A stretch of DNA of 64,000 bases, taken from contig CAVQCT010000005.1 of NCBI GenBank assembly GCA_963711085.1, forward strand, positions 107,859 through 171,858, in the 5' to 3' direction. Shown in pieces: positions 8,999 to 18,839 of the stretch. Source of the stretch: an uncultured candidate division Zixibacteria bacterium. GTDB lineage: Bacteria > Zixibacteria > MSB-5A5 > GN15 > FEB-12. A program made the position numbers and the translations under genes. The notes under the pieces are model-generated. The model was given only the letters and a program-made list of their open reading frames with translations, ran no database searches and was not told where the DNA came from. Numbering within the stretch: position 1 is the stretch's first letter; each line of letters opens with the position of its first letter.

Positions 8999-11900
8999 AT
9001 GTCAAAAAAGCTCACTCTCGCCTTTATCATTTCATTGGTACTTGTGACACTAGTACCGCATGAAGCTTTTTCTCAAGACACTTTGATCAACCTGGTGCAA
9101 TGGCCCGAAGAAGATGGGGGGAACGGTCACTGGTACGGGATCATTGCGCTCGTCCAGCCGTGGACAGCCCAGCGGGATCTTGCTCTGACGCTGACGCACG
9201 ACGGTGAGCCGGGGCATTTGGCCACGATCGGCAGTCCCGAAGAAAATCAATTCATCGTTGACAACCTGCTGGAAGGCAACACCAATCAGCCCAGCATTGC
9301 GGATGAGTTCTATCTGGGGGGCTGGAAAGGGGAAGGTTTATGGGCATGGCTGACCGGAGAAAACTTGGATTATGTAAACTGGGCGTCAAGAGAGCCGAGC
9401 GGGGACGGCATTGCCATGGCGATCTGGGGTGCATCGAGATCAGATGCGGGCAAATGGAACGACCTCAAATTCGACGGCGGAGTGAACTCGATAGACAGAC
9501 TCTGGGCTCTGGTGGAGTTCGGTGTCGACACCATTCATTCGTTTGATACTCTCATCAACCTGGTTCAATGGCCCGATTCTTCAGGTGGAAATAATCATTG
9601 GTATGGCATTCTGAAGCTAATGCAGCCGTGGGAAGACCAACGGGATCTGGCAGCGTCGCTTACCCACGATGGCATTCCGGGACACCTGGCTACGATTGCA
9701 GACTCTTTTGAGAACCGGTTTATCGTCGAACATGTGCTTTCCGGATATCCTTCTCCGTCAGGCGCGTCAGATCAATTTTATCTGGGCGGATCAAAAGATT
9801 CGAGAGGTATTTGGTCCTGGGTGACCCACGAGGTCTTCGGTTTCGCCAACTGGAATTCACGCGAACCAAGCGGCGACGGTCGGGGTATGGCAATGCTGGG
9901 GCCGTCCCAAACAAACTTTGGAAAGTGGAACGATCTGAGAAGCGACGGACCTATAGGGTCAAGTGCACAGCAGTGGGCTGTCGTTGAATTTGGTCTTGAC
10001 GATAATCCAACGATTGATACGGTGGCTCACCTACAACAATGGAGCACGGCTGAAGGCGGCAATGGACACTGGTACGGGATCCTCCCGATCCTGCTGCCCT
10101 GGTCCTCACTGAGTGATCTCGCCGGGACTCTGCAATATGACACTCTGCCTGGACATCTTGCGACAATCGCAAACGAGGCGGAGAACCAGTTCATCGTAGA
10201 TCATCTGCTTTCGGTGGTTTCGAGTCCGCCTGGCACGCCGGATCAATACTATTTGGGAGGATTCAAGGAACATCTGCTCTGGACCTGGGAAACGGGAGAA
10301 CCGTTCAACTATCGAAACTGGTACACGGGGGAACCGAACGGCGATGGAGTCGGACTTGCGATCTGGGGAGCCTCGACCTCGCAAATTGGCAAGTGGAACG
10401 ATCTGAACGCGTATGGCGCACCTGGATCCAGTGCCCAGCAATGGGCGATCATAGAGTTCGGTATTGACGAAATCGTAATACCTGATACACTTACTGGTCT
10501 CGTTCAATGGACCTTGGAAGACAGTGGCAACGGTCATTGGTACGCGATCTTGTCACTTATACAGCCGTGGTCGGCTCAGCGAGACCTGGCCGCATCTCTG
10601 ACACATGACGGTCTCTTCGGACATCTGGCGACAATAGGTAGTGCAGAAGAAAATCAGTTTCTAGTCGACCACCTGATCGCCGAACATCCTGGTCAGCCCA
10701 GCGCAGCCGATGTATACTACCTCGGCGGTCTGAGGCGGGGTTCACAATGGCAATGGCTGACGGCCGAGTACTTTTCATTTACAGATTGGGATAGCAGCCA
10801 ACTGAATAGCAACAATACAGGCATAGCAATGCAGGGCGCAACAACCGGGGCTGTGGGACAATGGCAGACTGTGGTACCTAACGGACCGTCCAACTCAACT
10901 TATCAGTCGTACGCGCTTATCGAGTTCGGTACTGACCGACTTCCCTCCGATGACACCTTGATCAACCTGACGAGATGGCCCGGATCCTCCGGAGGCAACG
11001 ATCATTGGTACGGAATCCTATCGATCGTTCAACCGTGGACAGCACAGCTTGACCTCGCGCGCCAACTCACGCGCGGCGGCGTGCACGGCCACCTTGCCAC
11101 TATCGAAAGTCAGGCAGAAAACGACTTCATACTAAACAACGTGCTGGCAACCAACACCAATCAACCGAGCGTGGCCGATGAATTTTATCTGGGAGGTTTT
11201 CGCGATGGTTGGGTCTGGACCTGGACAAACGAGGAATCTTTCGATTACACGAACTGGAGCCCTGGTGAGCCGAGTGGTGACGGAAAGGGACTCGCTATGT
11301 GGGGTGCTTCGTCCACGAAACGAGGCAAATGGAACGATGTGCCTCATGATGGGGCGGTCGGCTCTAATGCGCAATTGTGGGCGGTGGTCGAGTTTGACGA
11401 GGACTCGACCATGTGGGATACATTGGTTGTCCCGAGCATGACGGTGCGTCAGGGAGAGATTATCCAACCTTTCAACGTGATTACATCGGTGCCAATATCG
11501 GGAATTCAGGTCCCTCTAAAGTTTCCCAGTGTTGGGACGAATTTTACGATCTCCACCAAGGGACTCATCACCGAGAGCTGGGGGACTCAATTGTTACAAG
11601 TCAACGAAGAGGCTGGATATATGTATGTCGTGCTCGTAAGTCTTTCGGCAGCAACAATGCCACCCGGGGAGCACACTATCTTCAATATCCGCTTTGACGC
11701 AGAGATACTACCATGTTCGGACCCCCTGATCGCCCACTGGGATACGACCTTCATGGGTGACCCGCTGAAAAGACTGACCTTCATCGATACGCAGACCCAT
11801 GCGATCGCCGGAAAGTTCGATCGCAATCGAGATCAGACGACTATCATGCCCAATCCCCCCGGGGATATTGATAACTCGGGTTCAGTTGACATTACCGATC

Positions 11901-12712
11901 TGATCTATCTTGTCACCGACATGTGGGGACTTGGAGTGCAGCCTGACAACATAAATGTTCTCGATGTGAACGGCGATTGCGCCGGCCCCGACATCGCCGA
12001 TGCCGTCCGCATGATAGAAGCTATCTTCGGCCCGGCCTCGGAACCGCTGCTGTGCGGGTGCCTCTCGACCGGAAAGAAGGCGGAGTATGCTAAGACCGAG
12101 TCGGCAGCCCTGTACACAGAATTCAGGAACGGACGGACCACACTGTATCTTGACTCCGATGAACCGCTACCGGGGGTGCAGTTCAGCTTGAACGCTAAAG
12201 ATACAACCAAGCTGACGAAACTTGTATCGGGTGATCTGGACCTTCTCTACGAATACTCCGACAACGAATTGCGGGGTGTGGTGCTGAATATGAAAGGCCG
12301 CGGCGCGCTGGCACCCGGCACAACGAAATTGCTCGAACTGCCGGGGGAGGCGAGTCTGACGTCGGCGCTGGTGGCCGACAGCCTCGGTAATCCACTCGTG
12401 CCGATATTGAACCGACCGTTGAAGCGGCTTCCCACCACCTACGAACTCTCGCAGAACTATCCTAATCCGTTCAATCCGTCGACGACGATTCGCTTTGCTT
12501 TGCCACAGGGGGGACAGGTAATGTTGGAAGTGTACAACATCGCGGGACAGCGAGTGATTGCTCTGATCGATGGGTTCGAAGAAGCGGGAGTGCACTCGGT
12601 GATCTGGGATGGCCGAAATGAATCCCGCTCTTCGGTCGCCAGCGGCATTTATTTCTACAAGCTGGAGGTCAACGGTTTTCGGGAGACAAAAAAGATGCTG
12701 TTATTGAAATAG
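8999..12712 (+). CDS. Giant modular surface protein: 5 x C-type-lectin-like domain + cohesin-like module + dockerin + T9SS (Por) C-terminal sorting domain
   Basis: Intact 1237-aa ORF with a signal peptide. It has five ~156-aa units with GHLATI..EN.FI, FYLGG, NW...EPSGDG and GKWND. Dockerin at about 11858-12030 (DIDNSGSVDITD...DVNGDCAGPDIAD). Por tail at about 12440-12709 (YPNPFNPSTTIRF...GIYFYKLEVNGFRETKKMLLLK). Confidence 0.9.
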   Translation: MSKKLTLAFIISLVLVTLVPHEAFSQDTLINLVQWPEEDGGNGHWYGIIALVQPWTAQRDLALTLTHDGEPGHLATIGSPEENQFIVDNLLEGNTNQPSIADEFYLGGWKGEGLWAWLTGENLDYVNWASREPSGDGIAMAIWGASRSDAGKWNDLKFDGGVNSIDRLWALVEFGVDTIHSFDTLINLVQWPDSSGGNNHWYGILKLMQPWEDQRDLAASLTHDGIPGHLATIADSFENRFIVEHVLSGYPSPSGASDQFYLGGSKDSRGIWSWVTHEVFGFANWNSREPSGDGRGMAMLGPSQTNFGKWNDLRSDGPIGSSAQQWAVVEFGLDDNPTIDTVAHLQQWSTAEGGNGHWYGILPILLPWSSLSDLAGTLQYDTLPGHLATIANEAENQFIVDHLLSVVSSPPGTPDQYYLGGFKEHLLWTWETGEPFNYRNWYTGEPNGDGVGLAIWGASTSQIGKWNDLNAYGAPGSSAQQWAIIEFGIDEIVIPDTLTGLVQWTLEDSGNGHWYAILSLIQPWSAQRDLAASLTHDGLFGHLATIGSAEENQFLVDHLIAEHPGQPSAADVYYLGGLRRGSQWQWLTAEYFSFTDWDSSQLNSNNTGIAMQGATTGAVGQWQTVVPNGPSNSTYQSYALIEFGTDRLPSDDTLINLTRWPGSSGGNDHWYGILSIVQPWTAQLDLARQLTRGGVHGHLATIESQAENDFILNNVLATNTNQPSVADEFYLGGFRDGWVWTWTNEESFDYTNWSPGEPSGDGKGLAMWGASSTKRGKWNDVPHDGAVGSNAQLWAVVEFDEDSTMWDTLVVPSMTVRQGEIIQPFNVITSVPISGIQVPLKFPSVGTNFTISTKGLITESWGTQLLQVNEEAGYMYVVLVSLSAATMPPGEHTIFNIRFDAEILPCSDPLIAHWDTTFMGDPLKRLTFIDTQTHAIAGKFDRNRDQTTIMPNPPGDIDNSGSVDITDLIYLVTDMWGLGVQPDNINVLDVNGDCAGPDIADAVRMIEAIFGPASEPLLCGCLSTGKKAEYAKTESAALYTEFRNGRTTLYLDSDEPLPGVQFSLNAKDTTKLTKLVSGDLDLLYEYSDNELRGVVLNMKGRGALAPGTTKLLELPGEASLTSALVADSLGNPLVPILNRPLKRLPTTYELSQNYPNPFNPSTTIRFALPQGGQVMLEVYNIAGQRVIALIDGFEEAGVHSVIWDGRNESRSSVASGIYFYKLEVNGFRETKKMLLLK
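9077..11400 (+). repeat. Five tandem coding repeats (~468-nt period), one CTLD each
   Basis: Unit starts (DTLINLVQW-type) fall at 9077, 9545, 10016, 10484 and 10952. Confidence 0.85.
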
Positions 12713-12974
12713 CAGCGGACAAGCAGCATGGGGTTCGGCAGCTTGCGAGACTGGCTCAAATAACACTGCAGAACAGTGCGGCCTGAACAATTCCAGCTTG
12801 CGATGCCTCATGCCACCAGTTCCTTGATTAAGGAAATTTCTAACATGGAGAATGAGGTTGACATAGTGGCATAAGTTATTATCTTCTAGTATAGTAGGAC
12901 TCGTCTCCTTGATTTGTAGTTGTGGAGCGGGCATAACATAGTGTGGTACTAATATAATGCGCGGGGAGCAGATC

Positions 12975-15900
12975 ATGTCAAAATCGCTGAAAGTTGGCCT
13001 GGCCATCTTGATGATGGCTGTTTTTGTTGCACCTCAACTCGCCTGGTAGCAGGACACCCTGATCAATGTGGTTCAGTGGACAGAGGCAATGGGTGGTAAT
13101 GACCACTGGTATGGCATCATTGCCGTCGTTCAGCCTTGGGGCGACCAACGGGACCTTGCCAGCTCACTCACATGCACGGAAGCCCGGGCATCTCGCCACA
13201 ATCGGGAGTGGGACAGAGAACCAGTTCATAGTGGACAGACGTCCTGACCGGGCATTCCGAACCAGCCAAGTCTGCCGATGAATTTTACTTGGGGGGAGAA
13301 AGTCGGGTCGCAATGGCAATGGATAACCGGCGAGCCGTTTGACTACACGAATTGGAGCTCCGGGGAACCTAGCGGCGATGGCCCGGCGATGGCGATATGG
13401 GGCGCCGGCCTATTCAAATGTTGGACTTTGGAATGACGTTCCGGCAGATGGGCCGGTTGGCTCGTTACACGAGCATTGGGCCATTGTGGAGTTCGGCACC
13501 GATGTAATACCGCCGCCTGATACTTCTGAACTGACCAATCTGATCGAATGGACCAGCTGCAGAAGGTGGCAACGGACATTGGTACGGGATCATACCTATC
13601 GTTCAGTCCTGGGTCTCTCAACGCGATCTCGCCTTTTCTTTTACACTTAACGGTATGACAGGACATCTTGCGACCATTGGCAGTACCGAGGAGAATCAAT
13701 TTATCGTGGATAGTCTTCTTGAAACGAACCAGGATCAGCCAACGGTTGCGGACGAATTCTATATCGGCGGAGCATTCAACGGCGCAAGTTGGAACTGGGT
13801 CTCCGGCGAGCCGTTTGACTATACAAATTGGGGTCCATCCGAGCCTTCCGGAGACGGCGTCGGCCTCGCGATTTGGGGGGCAACGACTTCCCAAGTCGGT
13901 CTGTGGAATGATGTCCCGTCCAACGGCGTACCGGGATCTATCCACCAACATTGGGCAATTATAGAATTCGGCGAAGACACTCCGGTGCATGACTCGACAC
14001 TGATCAATTTAGTTCAATGGCCTGCGGTTGACGGAGGCAACGATCACTGGTACGGTGTCATCGCTGCGCTACAGTCCTGGGACGGACAGAGTTCATTTGC
14101 GACGACCTTCACGCATAACGGTGTTTCTGGTCATCTTGCGACGGTCGAAAGTGCTTCCGAAAATCAGTTCATGGTTGACAATGTAATAGCGCTGACTCAT
14201 GGTCAGCCGAGTGTGGCCGACGAGTACTACATCGGTGGAACACTTAGCGGTGGACAATGGCACTGGGTAACTGGAGAGATATACGGATATACGAACTGGG
14301 GACAGAGTGAACCCAGTGGAGACGGCCCAGGGATGGCCATTTGGGGAAGCAGTTCAGGATCGGTCGGTTTATGGAACGACGTCCCTGTAGACGGGGCGCC
14401 CGGATCTTTGCATGAGCATTGGGCGATTATCGAATTCGGAATCGACAGCTTGCCTGACGATACCATTTCACATCTCGTAAAGTGGCCTGTAAGTGCGGGA
14501 GGTAACGATCACTGGTACGGCTTGATTCAGACCATTCTCCCGTGGGATACTCAACGGATATTTGCCGAATCTCTTTCTGTTGAAGGGGTACAAGGGCACC
14601 TCGCAACCATTGGGAGTCAGGCCGAGAACCAATTCATTTTAGACAACTTCCTTACTAATGACTTGATTCAACCGGACGTGCCCGATGAGTTTTACATTGG
14701 TGGCCAGCGTCTGGGAGGAATCTGGCGCTGGGTCACAAGTGAGCCTTTCGCTTACCAAAATTGGAATATCGGAGAGCCAAGTGGAGACGGTACCGGTCTT
14801 GCGATTTGGGGAGCTACGACCGGTCTTCAGGGACTTTGGAACGATGTTCCCGCCTATGGGCCAATCGGATCTATCCACCAACATTGGGCTATAGTAGAAT
14901 TTGGTCTGGACAGCTTGCCGCCGGATACCACCGTCCAGGATACGTTGATCAATCTTGTTCAGTGGCGCGCCACAGCTGGCGGAAACAACCATTGGTATGG
15001 AATAATCCCCATAATCACTTCTTGGAATGCACAGCGTGATATAGCGGCCTCTCTAACGTACGACAGCCTGTCCGGCCATCTCGCCACGATTACCAGCGTC
15101 GCGGAGAACCAGTTTATTGTCGATAGTCTCGTTAAGGAAAATACAAATCAACCGGCAATAGTAGACGAGTTCTATATTGGTGGCACGGTCACAGGTACGT
15201 CGTGGGAGTGGGTGACGGGTGAGCAGTTCTCGTATACAAATTGGAATTCGACTGAGCCCAGCGGTGACGGCACGGGCCTTGCCATTTGGGGAGCAGGGTC
15301 TCCATATTTAGGTCTGTGGAATGACCTTCCTGCTAACGGCGGCCCGTCCTCCATCCACCAGCATTGGGCGATCGTTGAGTTCGGTATCGATGCGCCGCCC
15401 GGAGACTCGTTGATCTTCCCAAGTATCACGGCGTCATTCGATCAGAATGTTCAGCCGGTGCAGAGCAGTACGACTCAGCCTATCACCGGCGTTACCGTAC
15501 CGATCAAGACCCCGGACTTCGGTAGCAATTTCTCAATCAGTACAACCGGTCTCATCACCCAGGATTGGGACTATCAGATTGCTCAGGTGAAGGATGACTC
15601 CGGCTTTATCTTCGTGGCGCTCTTTAACACCACCGGCGCGACAATTCCTTCAGGCGTCAACACACTGTTCAATATCCACTTTGATGCGAGCAATCCGTAT
15701 TGTGATCGGGATCTGGTGGCGCATTGGGACACTGCCCTGATGAGAGATCCGTCGCGTCAGCTGTTGTTCTCCGATACGAATTCACTACCGATCCACCCAG
15801 TGTTCAGCCGTGATCTTGGGGCTGTAACAATAGCACCGCACGAACCAGGCGATGCCGACAACTCGGGAGTATTCGATATCTCCGATCTCGTTTTTGCCGT

Positions 15901-16699
15901 GGACTACATGTTCGGCGGCGGACCGGCGCCGGTAAGTGTCAATGCGCTCGACGTTAACGGTGATTGCAGCGGTCCTGACATTTCCGACATTGTTCGCATG
16001 GTGGCAAACATCTTCCTGAACAATCCGCCGCCGCTTGAATGCGGGTGCCTTGCCAGCGGTAAACGAACTGACTACCTGAACAACTCCTCAATGAGGATGT
16101 ATGCTGAGTTTAAGAACGGCAAGACAGTTGTATACCTGCACTCTGATGAGCCGGTACTTGGAGTGCAGCTCAGTATGTCGACTCCCGCGGCAGCGAATAT
16201 CAAGAGTCTTGCGCCAGGCAACATGGCTCTTGTATATGGATATCAGGGAGAACTTTTGAAGGCTGGGCTGCTTGATTTGCACGGCGACTCAAGACTCGCA
16301 GCCGGAACGAATGAACTGATCGTGATCGAGGGTCAAGCTGAGATTGTATCCGCGCTTGTGGCCGATAATGCCGGAAATCCTGTTGTTCCGGTGATCAATA
16401 AACAGGCCGACAATCTTCCGACGAGCTATACTTTGAACCAGAATTATCCGAACCCGTTCAATCCGACCACGGAGATTCAATTCGGTCTGCCCCAGTCAGG
16501 TCAGGTTGTGTTGACGATATACAACATCAACGGTCAGAGTGTCGCGACCCTGGCGAATCAGGTTATGGACGCCGGTGTGCACGTGGTAAGTTGGAATGGT
16601 CAGGATCAAACAGGATCGGTTGTCGCCAGCGGCGTTTATTTCTACAAGCTGGAGGTGAACGGTTTTCGGGAGACGAAAAAGATGCTGTTGCTGAAATAG
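12975..16699 (+). pseudogene. Lectin/cohesin/dockerin/T9SS paralog 2 with a disrupted 5' region (amber stop + five +1 frameshifts); 13655..16699 is one intact 1014-aa ORF
   Basis: ATG at 12975 gives the signal peptide MSKSLKVGLAILMMAVFVAPQLAW, then TAG at 13047-13049. CTLD sequence continues but changes frame near 13170, 13240, 13296, 13410 and 13558. From 13559 the frame stays open to TAG at 16697-16699, with the same architecture as paralog 1. Confidence 0.8.
13053..15390 (+). repeat. Five tandem CTLD-coding repeats of paralog 2 (first 1.3 units degraded)
   Basis: Unit starts near 13053, 13519, 13991, 14459 and 14939. Every unit has EPSGDG and LWND motifs. Confidence 0.8.
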
Positions 16700-16970
16700 C
16701 AGGCGGTCGACACTGGCGATGATCGATCCGCCCAACGGACTCATCGAACTGAGACTGACGACATCAGGGAGTGGTAAAATGCCACTCCCTTTTTCTTAGC
16801 TGCTTCTATCGGCGCCTAAGCAATCCCAACAATCATGCGGTCAGGGAAATGGATCGGCCCGGGAAGCTATATCCACAATCGATCCTGCCGATATATCTAG
16901 AATGGGCAATTACGCCCTTTGAAGCGGGGAGCCGACTTCCATACCGGCCTCCGAACAAAAGGAGCAGAAG

Positions 16971-18827
16971 ATGAATAGATTCACCGGACTCGTCATAATC
17001 GCGACACTTGCGGGGTTCCTCCAGAATCCTTGTTCCAATGCCGCAGGTCTTGAAGATGCGGTTGTTTCAGGAAGCTGGCAGGTTGTTTACGAAAGCTTGG
17101 CGACAGCTGCATTGCCTGATCAATCGGTGAAGGATTTTCTCAAGGACATGGCCTGTCTGAATCTGGATCTTGATTGCGGGCCAAGCGTTTGCGTAACCTC
17201 TCTGCCCGAAGCGAAGTCTCTCACGTCGGTCGAAAACTGGCTTACCTCCCTGTCCAACACGCACCCTAATGCGGCTGTGCTGCAGTACCTGTTGGGCATG
17301 GTATATAGCAGGGAAGGAAGGTCACTCAAGGCGAGATCGTGCCTGGATCGTGCTATCCGAATGGACAGTACTCTTGGCGCGGCCTATTTGCAGAGAGGAG
17401 CATTGCAACTTATGGCCGGCGTCTATCGTTCGGCTTTATCCGATTACGATCTGGCAATAAGATACTTACCCGGATATTCACGAGGGTTTATGAATCGTGG
17501 CGGCGCCTACGATGCCCTGGGGCAATACGACCGGGCGCTGGCAGACTACGATTCGGCGATCGCCATCAGCCCGGATCGTGCCGGGCCCTACTACAATCGC
17601 GGGAATACCCATCGTCATCTGGGCGACAACGAGAGTGCAATTAAGGACTTCAGCGACGCCATAGGACGAGACTCGACTATTGCCGCAGCGTTTTACAATC
17701 GAGGCAACACGTATGCCGACCTTGGCGACAAAAACGCAGCGTTGAACGACTATCAAACATTCGTGCGGATCGCCCCGGACGACATGAAATCGGCAATTCC
17801 TATGGCGCGAGCGAAAATGGCAGAACTCTCCAGATCGGCGGCGGGATCGGGTGGAAAGAGTGCACGCTACTGGCTGGATCTGGGAACGGCCGCCTTGCAG
17901 CAGGGAGTTTTCGATCAGGCGTTATCGAATCTAAACAAAGCGATCGCCCTGGATTCTGCTTTAGCCGAAGCCTACTACTACAGGGCCGCGGTGTATGCTA
18001 CCTTGGGAAACAGTCCGGAGGCGATAGCGAACTTCAGCCATGCGATTCATCTTCGGCCGGGCGATACCACCGCCTACTACAACCGGGGGCTGCTCTATTC
18101 TTACGATGCCGATTATCGTGGGGCAATCGCCGACTTCTCTACTGCGATACGCCTCAACGAGAACTACCCGTTGGCCTACATAGCCCGGGCGGAGACGTAC
18201 GAAAAAACAGGCCAGGTTGATTCGGCTCTGGCCGACTACGAGACATATATCAAGATCTGTCCCACGAATGAGAGCGAACAACGGGCGAAGATTGCCGAAC
18301 TGATAGGCTTTCTCAAATCAGGAGCGAGAGTGAATGGGCTCGCCGACGCCAAAGCGGCGGTTGAAGAAGCATACCGGGCGTGGGAGCGGATGGACTGGAG
18401 GGCGTTGTCTCACTTTGTTTTGAGCGCCGACCTGGAATCGTTCAGACGGAGATGTCTCCCTATCATGCAGATCACCCTGCCGCCTGAAGTCGATCAGATT
18501 TCACTCGGAGGAGAGGACTGGAGAATCGACTCAATATCGATCTGGCCGGCGAGCAAGTTCTTCCAATTTGCGATGGCCGGATTCAGCGATCCCGGTTCGC
18601 CGTTTCACGATGTGGTCACAATGAAACTCATCAAGGTAACCGATGTCCTGCCGCGCGGAGTCGACAGAGTGCAGTACCAGGCGAGAGTGTCATACGGATC
18701 AACGGATGCCATTCAGGAGGCTGTGCTCGAAGGATTCGCGGTCAGAACCGAGAGCGGGTGGAAGATCGAACTGCCGGCGCTTTTCACGAATATCGCCGAC
18801 ATGATGAGTGTCGCGATGGACCACTGA
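16971..18827 (+). CDS. Secreted TPR-repeat protein with an uncharacterised C-terminal domain
   Basis: AGGAG RBS and signal peptide MNRFTGLVIIATLAGFLQNPCSNAAG. Many 34-aa A..Y..RG..Y...G....A..D...AI TPR units. Confidence 0.8.
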   Translation: MNRFTGLVIIATLAGFLQNPCSNAAGLEDAVVSGSWQVVYESLATAALPDQSVKDFLKDMACLNLDLDCGPSVCVTSLPEAKSLTSVENWLTSLSNTHPNAAVLQYLLGMVYSREGRSLKARSCLDRAIRMDSTLGAAYLQRGALQLMAGVYRSALSDYDLAIRYLPGYSRGFMNRGGAYDALGQYDRALADYDSAIAISPDRAGPYYNRGNTHRHLGDNESAIKDFSDAIGRDSTIAAAFYNRGNTYADLGDKNAALNDYQTFVRIAPDDMKSAIPMARAKMAELSRSAAGSGGKSARYWLDLGTAALQQGVFDQALSNLNKAIALDSALAEAYYYRAAVYATLGNSPEAIANFSHAIHLRPGDTTAYYNRGLLYSYDADYRGAIADFSTAIRLNENYPLAYIARAETYEKTGQVDSALADYETYIKICPTNESEQRAKIAELIGFLKSGARVNGLADAKAAVEEAYRAWERMDWRALSHFVLSADLESFRRRCLPIMQITLPPEVDQISLGGEDWRIDSISIWPASKFFQFAMAGFSDPGSPFHDVVTMKLIKVTDVLPRGVDRVQYQARVSYGSTDAIQEAVLEGFAVRTESGWKIELPALFTNIADMMSVAMDH

Positions 18828-18839
18828 GCGGGCCGTGGG

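Noticed and set aside
13066-13650. Track ORFs 13066..13281 and 13339..13650 as independent small genes.
   Set aside because: Each contains only a piece of a CTLD unit in the correct frame (GHLATIGSGTENQFIVD; GLWNDVPADGPVGSLHEHWAIVEFG) flanked by out-of-frame nonsense. They are fragments of the disrupted paralog.
9077-15390. Diversity-generating retroelement (DGR) targeting the C-type-lectin domains, with the degraded copy at 13050-13650 acting as a template repeat.
   Set aside because: There is no reverse transcriptase or accessory gene in the window. The units are animal-type CTLDs rather than the FGE-type CLec fold of DGR targets. Differences between units are spread over all bases rather than adenine-specific, and the degraded region differs by indels.
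9077-15390. The ~468-nt periodic signal as a CRISPR array or satellite.
   Set aside because: The period is far too long and the units are diverged in-frame coding domains. There are no short identical repeats with unique spacers.
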